DNA of 35,398 nucleotides from Thermoplasmatales archaeon SW_10_69_26 (GTDB lineage Archaea; Thermoplasmatota; SW-10-69-26), in the NCBI GenBank assembly GCA_003009755.1, contig PXUB01000039.1, positions 19,344 through 54,741 on the forward strand, written 5' to 3'. A program made the translations under genes and the position numbers. The stretch's first letter is position 1. The number at the start of each line of letters is the position of its first letter. The notes beneath the pieces were generated by a model. That model was not told the DNA's origin, did no database searches, and was given only the letters and a program-made list of their open reading frames with translations. Of the stretch, positions 28,026-35,398 are shown one piece after another.

Positions 28026-29825
28026 ATGGCCGAGGGCTCGCGGGCCGGGACCAAGGATCGCTACGTCGCCGTCGTCGACCAGGACAAGGTCACCGACGAG
28101 GTCCGCGACATCGCGCTCAAGTACGACCCGTTGAACCAGACGCCCGGCGAGCAGGGGTTCCACGTCACCGAGGACGGCCAGCTGCACATCGAGGACCACA
28201 AGGTCATCGAGGAGCACCGGATCGTCCAGAACAAGATCCCCAACGACGCGATCGAGATCCTCCGCCTGCCCGCCGAACGCGGCGAGCTCGTGCACCAGTA
28301 CGGCCCCAACGGGTTCCGCCTGTACGAGCTGGCGGCCCCGGTGGAGGACCGCGTCGTCGGCTTGCTGGGCCCCAACGGGGTCGGCAAGTCCTCGGCCCTG
28401 CGCATCCTCGACGGCTCCCTGCAGCCCAACCTCGGCCGGATCGAGGACCCCCCGGCGTGGGCCGAGATCGTGCAGCGGTTCCGTGGCACCGCCGCCCAGC
28501 GCTACTTGGAGAAGCTCGAAGCCGGCGAGGTGTCCACCGCCTACAAGCCCCAGCGCGTGGATCGCATCCCCGAGCACCACGGGGGCACGCCCGAGCAACT
28601 GCTCGCCCGCCGGGACGAGCGCGGCCGCCGAGAGCAAGCCCTCGAGGCGCTGGAGCTCGAGCACGTCGCCGACCGCCGGGTCGACGAGCTGTCCGGCGGC
28701 GAGCTGCAGCGGTTGGCGATCGCGGCCACGCTCGTGGCCGACGTCGACACCTACCTCGTCGACGAGCCCAGCTCCTACCTCGACGTCGGGCAGCGGTTGA
28801 CGATGGCCCGCGGCCTGGCCGAGCTGGCCGCCGACCGCGAGGTCATCGTCGTCGACCACGACCTCGTCACCCTCGACGTGCTCGCCGACCAGCTGCACGT
28901 GGTCTACGGCCAGCCCGGCGGGTTCGGCGTCGTCTCCCGGCCCCTGTCGGCTCGGCGAGGCATCAACCAGTTCCTGTCGGGTCGGCTCGAGGACGAGGAG
29001 ATCCGCATCCGGGAACAGGCGATCACGTTCCGCGAGGACCCAGCCCGCCGGGCCCGCGAGGGCGACCCGGTTGTGAGGGTCCCCTCGCTGACCAAGCGCT
29101 TCGACGGGTTCGAGCTCACCGTCGACCCGGGCACGATCCACGCCGGCGAGGTCGTCGCCGTGCTCGGCCGCAACGGGCTCGGCAAGACCACCTTCGCCCG
29201 CCTGCTGGCGGGGGCCTTGTCCCCGGACGAGGGCACCATCGAGGAGGAGGTCGCGATCGCCTACAAGCCCCAGTACCTCGACCCCGGCTTCGAGGGCACC
29301 GTCGGCACGTTGCTGGCCAGCCAGGTGGACGTCGAGGCCGCCGGCTTCCAGGCCGACATCCGCGGCCCCTTCGACCTCGATCCGCTCTGGGACGAACCCG
29401 TGCCCTCCCTCTCCGGCGGCGAACGCCAGCGCGTCGCCGTCGCGCTCGCGCTCGCCCGCGAAGCAGACGCCTACCTGCTGGACGAGCCCTCGGCCTACCT
29501 CGACGTCGAACGCCGCATGGCGCTGGCCGGCCGCCTGCGGCGCTTCGCCAGCCAACGCTCGACGCCCTGCCTGGTGATCGACCACGATCTGTCGCTGCTC
29601 GACGCCGTGGCCGACCGCGTCATGGTGTTCGAGGGCGATCCCGGTCGCCGCGGGCACGGGCGTTCACCCGAGCCCGTCCGGGAGGGCCTCGATCGGTTCC
29701 TGGCCTCGGTGGACGTGACCGTCCGCAAGGACGCCCGCACCGGTCGGCCCCGGGCCAACGATCCCGGCTCGCGCAAGGACCGCCAGCAGCGCGAGGCTGG
29801 GGAGTACTTCGCCAGCGAGGCCTAG
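28026..29825 (+). CDS. rli: ABCE1/Rli ribosome-recycling ATPase paralogue lacking Fe-S cysteines
   Basis: HQYGPNGFRLY; NBD1 motifs GPNGVGKS, LSGGELQR, DEPSSYLD and DHD; NBD2 motifs GRNGLGKT, LSGGERQR, DEPSAYLD and DHD; hinge TGRPRAN; C-terminal DRQQREAGEYF. Confidence 0.9.
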   Translation: MAEGSRAGTKDRYVAVVDQDKVTDEVRDIALKYDPLNQTPGEQGFHVTEDGQLHIEDHKVIEEHRIVQNKIPNDAIEILRLPAERGELVHQYGPNGFRLYELAAPVEDRVVGLLGPNGVGKSSALRILDGSLQPNLGRIEDPPAWAEIVQRFRGTAAQRYLEKLEAGEVSTAYKPQRVDRIPEHHGGTPEQLLARRDERGRREQALEALELEHVADRRVDELSGGELQRLAIAATLVADVDTYLVDEPSSYLDVGQRLTMARGLAELAADREVIVVDHDLVTLDVLADQLHVVYGQPGGFGVVSRPLSARRGINQFLSGRLEDEEIRIREQAITFREDPARRAREGDPVVRVPSLTKRFDGFELTVDPGTIHAGEVVAVLGRNGLGKTTFARLLAGALSPDEGTIEEEVAIAYKPQYLDPGFEGTVGTLLASQVDVEAAGFQADIRGPFDLDPLWDEPVPSLSGGERQRVAVALALAREADAYLLDEPSAYLDVERRMALAGRLRRFASQRSTPCLVIDHDLSLLDAVADRVMVFEGDPGRRGHGRSPEPVREGLDRFLASVDVTVRKDARTGRPRANDPGSRKDRQQREAGEYFASEA

Positions 29826-30499
29826 ACGGCGTCCTCGATCAGCTCGGCCAGGTGCTCGGCCTCGTCCTCGCGGCCCGGGTCGAAGCTCGTGAGCCGGAAG
29901 TTGCGTTCGGGATCCATCTCCGTCCGATGAGCGCCGGGGTTGACGTGCGTGGACCCGTCGGGCAACCGGATCGCGGGGCTGTGCGTGAAGCCCTCCTCGT
30001 ACCAGCCCTCCTCGGTCTCGGCGACGACCTGGGCCCGATGCCCGTCGTCGTAGACCTCGAGGAACCGCTCGCGGGCGAGCCCGACGTCCTCGGCCAGGTC
30101 GGCCAGCACGTGGCGCAGCGTGAGGCAGGCGTGCTCGGCGAAGAAGGCCTGCCGGATCCGCCAGTCCAGCTCCCACGCCATCTCGGGGTCGATCGACTCG
30201 GCGGCTTTGACGGCCTCGAAGGCGGGGAAGAACGTGGAGGGCCACTCGGCGATCTCGGCGTCGGGCCAGGGCTCGTAGGGGATCTGTTCCTCCAGGAGGA
30301 CGAGGCTGTGGGTCTCGACGTCCAGGATCCGCTTGGGCGTGGGAGCCTGCTTGTCGTACTCGATCGAAAGGCACCGCGAGCGGAAGCTGACGTCGTCGGG
30401 GACCTCGTCGTTGATCTGCCGCAACCGGTACCGCGTGAGGTAGGCGTGCGGGCAGTGCAGGTCCGAGAAGAACTCGACATCGGGCATCACGAGACCCAT
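29822..30499 (-). CDS. DsbA/FrnE-like thioredoxin-fold protein (CPHA monothiol site)
   Basis: VEFFSDLHCPHAY, AVKAAE, RIRQAFF and GFTHSPAI (cis-Pro position). The start may be 30499 or 30487. Confidence 0.75.
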   Translation of the reverse strand: MGLVMPDVEFFSDLHCPHAYLTRYRLRQINDEVPDDVSFRSRCLSIEYDKQAPTPKRILDVETHSLVLLEEQIPYEPWPDAEIAEWPSTFFPAFEAVKAAESIDPEMAWELDWRIRQAFFAEHACLTLRHVLADLAEDVGLARERFLEVYDDGHRAQVVAETEEGWYEEGFTHSPAIRLPDGSTHVNPGAHRTEMDPERNFRLTSFDPGREDEAEHLAELIEDAV

Positions 30500-30542
30500 G
30501 CCGGCCCAGCACGTGAGCGTTGCGTCCGCTCGGGTCGTGGGC

Positions 30543-30788
30543 TCAACCGTCGTCGTCCCTTTCGGCCTCGCTCAACAGCTCGCGGAGCACGCGGGCCTTG
30601 GCCGCGCGGAAGCCCTCGTCGACGTCGACGTTGGCCAGCTGGGGGCTGTCCTCGTCGCGATGGAGATAACGTACGAGGCTGGCGAGCTCGCGACGCAGCG
30701 GGCCAGGGCCCTCGTTGCGCAATTGCTCGCGTTTGGCGTGCTCGTAAGCCTCGAGCGTCTGCTCCCAGGTCTCCTCGTCGTCGGCCAC
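30543..30788 (-). CDS. Hypothetical acidic protein (81 aa)
   Basis: Acidic composition and GC3-rich codons like neighbouring genes; fills the gap in a minus-strand gene run. Confidence 0.55.
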   Translation of the reverse strand: MADDEETWEQTLEAYEHAKREQLRNEGPGPLRRELASLVRYLHRDEDSPQLANVDVDEGFRAAKARVLRELLSEAERDDDG

Positions 30789-30822
30789 GGGCCCGCATCC
30801 GGCTCGGGGGCCTAAGCTTTCC

Positions 30823-31038
30823 TCACACGATGCGCTCGTCGCCGCGGTGCAACAGGTAGGCGCCGAACGCGATCGAGGACGCTCCCAGCCCGGTCAACAA
30901 CCAGCCGAGGTTGCGCGCCGTCGATGCTTGCGAGCCCAGCGCGTCGGCCACGGGTGGGGCCAGGGCCCACAGGAGGCCGAAGGCGGTGAACGGCAAGGCC
31001 AGGAAGATGAGCCGCCGCCCGGCCGTGGTTCCGCGCAT
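30823..31038 (-). CDS. Small two-TM membrane protein
   Basis: Two hydrophobic stretches; ATG 24 nt after the upstream gene's stop. Confidence 0.55.
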   Translation of the reverse strand: MRGTTAGRRLIFLALPFTAFGLLWALAPPVADALGSQASTARNLGWLLTGLGASSIAFGAYLLHRGDERIV

Positions 31039-31062
31039 ACCCGTGCCAGCGGGCCCGGTGCG

Positions 31063-33081
31063 TTAAGGCTTGCGGGCTCGCACCACCCACGCGGCCCCGA
31101 ACAGGAGGCAGAGGAGGGCGAGCGCGCTCGGGCCGGGGGTTTCGGCCGCCTGGTCCCCCGTGGCCGCTCCGTCGGTGGGCCGGATCGGTTCCAGCTTCGA
31201 GGGCTCGGCGTCGGGCGCGTCCTCGGTGTCGAGCTGGTCCTCGGTGGGCAGATCCACCGTGGCGGTCGACCCGGGGGTGGCCTCGGTTTCCGTGGCGCCC
31301 TCGTCCGTCGTCTCGGCCTCGTCCTCGCCGGCCTCGTCCTGGGTCGTCTCGTTGGTGTAGGTGAACTGGCCCAGGTTCAGGGCGTCGACCTGCACGGAGA
31401 GCGGTTGCCGACCCGCGTCGACGGGCACGGTCAGGTTGCTCGTGGCCGTACCTGCGGCCGGCACCTCGAGGCCGCGGGCGGCGCCGGGTTCACCGTCCAC
31501 CAGACCCAGCAGGGTCGCCGGTCGGGGGATCGGGCTCGGGTTGGTGACGTCGACCGTGATCCGTGCCTGTTCGCCGGTGGATGCCACGTCGACGGGGTCG
31601 ACGGTGAGGGGGTCGGTGCCCTCCTCGATCGTCCAACCGTCGACGGTGATCGCGCGCGTCACGACGTGGCCGTCGGCGCGATGGATCGACAGCGGGTGGG
31701 TGCCCTCGTCCGGCAGATCGGTGACCAGCGTCCCGTTGGCGTCGGTGAACCCCTGCGAGCGGTCGTCGAGGTAGACGGCCGCGTCGGACAGCGGGCGATC
31801 GCGGCCGTCGGTGAGGGTCCAGTGGACCTCGGGACCATCGTGCACGGCGGCGTGGACGCCGGCGGTCGCATGGATCGCGACCGGCTGGTCCGTGCGGGCC
31901 AGCGAGACCCGGGCCTCGCCAGGGTCCTCGTCGGCGAGGTCGATCGTCCAGCCGGTCTCGTGGCCTCGGACGTCGGCCGTGGCGCCGGTCACGGTCGGCG
32001 AGAGGGCGCGCAGACGGTCGGGGCCGGTCAGGTCGACGCGGAGGGAGGCCGAGCCTTCGGCCACGTGCAGCGGGTGGATGGCCAACGTGGGATCACCGAC
32101 GGTGATCTGGGCGGGCAGATCGATCCAGCGGTCGCCCCCGGCCGGCTGCACGCTGATCCGGTGGGTGCCCAGCGGGAGGTCGTCGAGCGTGTCGGCGGGC
32201 ACGCGGGCCCGGCCCTCGCGGACCGGGACCGAGGGGCTGGCGGCCCCGTCGGCGCCCCTCAGACGCAGGGTGCCCTGTGCGGGCGCCCCATCGCGCGTGA
32301 CGTTGACCTCGAGCGGGCCCTGGTCCAGACCTCGGAACCAGGTCGACCGGTCCATGGAGGCCTCGAGCCCGATCAACCGGACGCTGGGCATGGTGCCGGC
32401 GTTGTCGGTGGTTCCCTCGCGCACGTACAGGTAGTAGGTGCCGGGCTCGAGCGAGGCGTCCGAGCGCAGCAGGGTCGTGTTGTCGCGGGCCTGGACCTCG
32501 CCGGCGGTATCCGAGGGCGGCGTGTAGGCACGCATCGGTAACCCTCGGACGTCGAGGTAGCCTTGGCGGATCTGGGAGGCGGCGTCCTCGTCGACGAGAT
32601 AGGCTTGGACATCATCGTCGCCCTCGATCTGGGCGGAGACCTCGATCTCGTCGCCGGCGTACACCTCGTCGTCGGCGACGGCGACGGCCATCTGGCCGCC
32701 GGCCGCCTTGTCGGTATCGCCAACCCCGCCGACACCGCCCGTCATCATGAACCCGTACACGGCCAGGCCTGCGACCAGGGCGGCCACGAGCGCGCTCGCC
32801 AAGGCCAGGTAGAACCGGGTCCGCTGGGGGTTGAGCAAGCGCTTGCCGCGACCGGTGAGGTGGTAGTAGACCCACAACCGGTCGTCCTCCTGGCGTTCGA
32901 CCAGGCCGACCTCGGTCAGCTTGTCCAGGTGCTCGTGCACGGTCGCCTTGCCCAGATCGAGCTCCCGCGAGAGCTCGGTCACCGTCATGCGCTGGTCCTG
33001 GAGCAGGGAGAGGATGTCCCTGCGGGTGTCGGCGGCCAGCACCTTGATCAGATCCGGTTCGAGCGGGAGCTCCTCGGGCAT
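31063..33081 (-). CDS. ArsR-type winged-HTH protein with a TM helix, large extracellular beta-rich region and PGF-CTERM-like sorting tail (672 aa)
   Basis: HTH: IKVLAADTRRDILSLL...TVTELSRELDLGKATVHEHLDKLTEVGLV...WVYYHLTGRG. TM: FYLALASALVAALVAGLAVYGF. Several N-x-T sequons, an acidic T/E linker, and tail ETPGPSALALLCLLFGAAWVVRARKP. Confidence 0.85.
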   Translation of the reverse strand: MPEELPLEPDLIKVLAADTRRDILSLLQDQRMTVTELSRELDLGKATVHEHLDKLTEVGLVERQEDDRLWVYYHLTGRGKRLLNPQRTRFYLALASALVAALVAGLAVYGFMMTGGVGGVGDTDKAAGGQMAVAVADDEVYAGDEIEVSAQIEGDDDVQAYLVDEDAASQIRQGYLDVRGLPMRAYTPPSDTAGEVQARDNTTLLRSDASLEPGTYYLYVREGTTDNAGTMPSVRLIGLEASMDRSTWFRGLDQGPLEVNVTRDGAPAQGTLRLRGADGAASPSVPVREGRARVPADTLDDLPLGTHRISVQPAGGDRWIDLPAQITVGDPTLAIHPLHVAEGSASLRVDLTGPDRLRALSPTVTGATADVRGHETGWTIDLADEDPGEARVSLARTDQPVAIHATAGVHAAVHDGPEVHWTLTDGRDRPLSDAAVYLDDRSQGFTDANGTLVTDLPDEGTHPLSIHRADGHVVTRAITVDGWTIEEGTDPLTVDPVDVASTGEQARITVDVTNPSPIPRPATLLGLVDGEPGAARGLEVPAAGTATSNLTVPVDAGRQPLSVQVDALNLGQFTYTNETTQDEAGEDEAETTDEGATETEATPGSTATVDLPTEDQLDTEDAPDAEPSKLEPIRPTDGAATGDQAAETPGPSALALLCLLFGAAWVVRARKP

Positions 33082-33143
33082 CCGTGCACCTATCCGACGG
33101 TGTCCATACCTACCGGCCCGTCCTACAAATACGTCTGGGGGGT

Positions 33144-33161
33144 GTTCGGTGGGCACCGAAC
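33144..33161. promoter_or_regulatory. Candidate operator: perfect 8-2-8 palindrome in the divergent intergenic region
   Basis: GTTCGGTG-GG-CACCGAAC, 12 nt downstream of the AT-rich TACAAATA box (33124-33131). Confidence 0.5.
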
Positions 33162-33173
33162 GCCGGAGCCCAC

Positions 33174-35108
33174 CTGCCGCGGGCGGCCGGTGGTTCCCGA
33201 GGTTGGGCATCGATCGCGATCGTCGTGGCCTTGCTGGCCGGCGGCCCGGCAGGATCGGCCTTGGCCGACCACGTCGACCACGAGCGCGAAGACGAATGGC
33301 ACATCACGCACACCGTGAACGCCACCGTCGTCGACAACTACGCGACCGTACGTGTCGGCGTGGAGATCGTGAACGAAGGCCCCGATCCCGAGTTCCCGTT
33401 CCGGGTCGACCTACCCGAGGACGCCTACGTGACCGGGCTCACGGTGACACGTGACGGGAAGACCTACGAGGCCGACATCCAGGCCGCCGAGGAGGCTCGC
33501 GAACGGTACGAGCAGGCTCGCGAGGAGCATCGGTCGGCGGGCCTGGTCGAGGAGGCCGACGAGGGCGTGTATGCGTACAACATCAACGTGGAAGGCACTG
33601 AGACGGTGCAAGCGACGCTGACCTACGAGCGCTACGTGACCGCCGACGGCGGGGTCTACGAGCTCGGCCTGAGAGCACCGGCCACGCAACGCGGGATCGA
33701 CGAGGGCGCCACGATCGAAGCCCACGTCCAGCACCGGGCGGGGCTGGAGACCTTGCAGGCCGCCCCCGAGGCCGAGATCACCCGCTCGGGTGACTCAGGG
33801 CACGTCGTCCGCCACGTCGACCCTCGCGGCCAAGACGAAGCCAGCGACCTCCGCGTCCGGTACGAGCTGGCCCAGACGCCGCCTGGGGGCGCGATCGAGG
33901 CCGCCGTCGAGGATGGGACCGGGTACTTCGCGCACCGGTTCCGAGCCTCCGAGACGATGGACCGCGTCCCGGTGGACGTCGCCCTCGTGCTCGACACCAG
34001 CGGCTCGATGACGGGGGACAAGATCGCCCAGCTCGAGCAGGCCACGCGTCGCCTCGTCGACGACCTGGAACCCCGCGACCGGCTGGCGTTGACCTTCTTC
34101 GCCGACGACACCGATCGGCCCTGGGAGGGGTTCGCGTCCGTCGATGCGAACACGACCGACCGTGCCTTCGACGCCCTCGAGCGGATGCGCGCCACCGGGT
34201 CCACGAACATCGAGCAGGCGATCGCTGACGGCTTCGCGCCCCTCGGCGATCTCGAGACCTCCGTCGAACGCTTGCCCGTCGTCGTGTTCCTCACCGACGG
34301 CCGCCCGACGACGGGGGTCACCGGCGAACACCAGCTGCGCACCGCGGCCCTCGAGGCCAACGACGCCGGCGCCCACGTCTTCTCCCTGGCGTTCGGTGCC
34401 GACGCCGACTGGGGTCTCGTGCACGGGCTCGCCCAGGACGGCGAGGGCCTGGCCCGCCACGTCCAGGGCAGCGATCACGCGGAGGTCGAGCTCGGCTCGT
34501 TCCTGACCGCGCTCACCACGCCCGTCCTCACCGACGTCCAGCTCGACCACACCCACGCCGAGGAGACCTGGCGCGTGGGCGCCCCGGTCCTGTTCGCCGG
34601 TGGCGAGCTGTTGTACGTCGGCACCTTCGACCCCAACCGGACCACGCTCGAGGCGCAGGTGACGGCCCGCGATGACCAGGGCCGGCGCTCGTGGAACGTC
34701 TCCGAGGCCGTCGAGGAGACCAACGCCAGCTACCTGCCGGATCTGGTCGCCTACCAGCGCATCCAGGCGCTCGAGGCCCAGATCCAAGCCGAGGGCGGCA
34801 ACGCGACGCTGGAGGAGCGAGCGCTCGAGCTCGCGCTCGAACACGGGTTCGTGACCGACCAAACGAGCCTCGTCGTCGACCTGCCCGCCTCGTCCAACGA
34901 GGAACCCGAGCCACAGACGCCCGACCACGAGCCCACGGACGCAGCCGATGCGACACGAGGGGCCCAGCCCGCGGATCGATCAGCCACGGATGGAGCCGAC
35001 GAGCCCACCGAGGCCGATGAACAGCCCGCCCAAACCCCCGGTGTCGGTGCAGCCCTCGCGGTGGCCCTGCTCGCCATCGGAGCCGCGGTCGCGCGATCGC
35101 GGCCGTGA
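33174..35108 (+). CDS. Secreted VIT + vWA domain surface protein with a PGF-CTERM-like tail
   Basis: Signal peptide ending SALA; VIT motifs (LPEDAYVTGL, EEARERYEQA, SAGLVE); vWA MIDAS LDTSGSM, GSTNI, FLTDG; ITIH-like LALEHGFVTDQTSLVV; tail QTPGVGAALAVALLAIGAAVARSRP. The start is uncertain (CTG 33174 preferred). Confidence 0.85.
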   Translation: MPRAAGGSRGWASIAIVVALLAGGPAGSALADHVDHEREDEWHITHTVNATVVDNYATVRVGVEIVNEGPDPEFPFRVDLPEDAYVTGLTVTRDGKTYEADIQAAEEARERYEQAREEHRSAGLVEEADEGVYAYNINVEGTETVQATLTYERYVTADGGVYELGLRAPATQRGIDEGATIEAHVQHRAGLETLQAAPEAEITRSGDSGHVVRHVDPRGQDEASDLRVRYELAQTPPGGAIEAAVEDGTGYFAHRFRASETMDRVPVDVALVLDTSGSMTGDKIAQLEQATRRLVDDLEPRDRLALTFFADDTDRPWEGFASVDANTTDRAFDALERMRATGSTNIEQAIADGFAPLGDLETSVERLPVVVFLTDGRPTTGVTGEHQLRTAALEANDAGAHVFSLAFGADADWGLVHGLAQDGEGLARHVQGSDHAEVELGSFLTALTTPVLTDVQLDHTHAEETWRVGAPVLFAGGELLYVGTFDPNRTTLEAQVTARDDQGRRSWNVSEAVEETNASYLPDLVAYQRIQALEAQIQAEGGNATLEERALELALEHGFVTDQTSLVVDLPASSNEEPEPQTPDHEPTDAADATRGAQPADRSATDGADEPTEADEQPAQTPGVGAALAVALLAIGAAVARSRP

Positions 35109-35398
35109 GAGCGTGCCGAAGCGAACTCGCCGGTCCGGGCCGAGGCGCAGGCTCGGACCGGCGGGGGCAGCCGGCGGGGGAGGAGAGCAAAGCTGGGGCC
35201 CGAGGGCCAGGCGGCGGACAGCGGACCAGCAGTGGAACCCGTCAGCGATGGTCGCGATCCGCGGCCTCGGTGGTATCCACGATCGGCCGTGCTCTCGACA
35301 GGGTGCTGAACGCGCCCTCTCAATAGACATCGAACCGTTCGCGGACAACGCCTCCCGCCAAGGCCCCCATCCCCAGGCATGAGCAACGACGACCTCCC

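Noticed and set aside
27965-30859. Long R/P/G-rich alternative-frame ORFs (964 aa here, and many similar across the window)
   Set aside because: They overlap genes with clear motifs and have the composition of GC-rich shadow frames.
35109-35398. ORFs at the right edge, including ATG 35379 (MSNDDL...)
   Set aside because: Too little sequence to call. The ATG may begin the next gene; the other ORFs are shadows without motifs.

Overview
This is a high-GC archaeal chromosomal segment with acidic (D/E-rich) proteins. I infer a halophilic member of the Thermoplasmatota carrying several haloarchaeal-type genes, but did not test this. It holds, in order: a partial response regulator with a roadblock-like C-terminus; a decayed CapA gene; a PAC2 chaperone; an archaeosortase A-pssD-pssA operon; NTPase, lamin-tail protein, RNase HII, SCP2 and TrkA-DHH genes; tRNA-Ser(GCT) followed by a ~190 bp multi-hairpin element that duplicates the tRNA 3' end; a cold-shock protein; an amidohydrolase; two S8 lipoprotein proteases flanking a DUF1611/dipeptide-epimerase pair; a complete A1Ao ATP synthase operon (H-I-K-E-C-F-A-B-D) in which atpI appears to start at CTG; an ABCE1/Rli paralogue whose Fe-S domain has no cysteines; and a divergent pair of proteins with PGF-CTERM-like sorting tails. 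That pair is a membrane-spanning ArsR-HTH regulator with a large extracellular domain and a VIT-vWA surface protein, with an 8-2-8 palindrome between them. The strongest candidates for undescribed biology are this regulator/surface-protein module together with the artA-pssD-pssA operon, the Cys-less ABCE1, and the tRNA-linked structured element. All family assignments come from motif recognition by eye; no searches were run.
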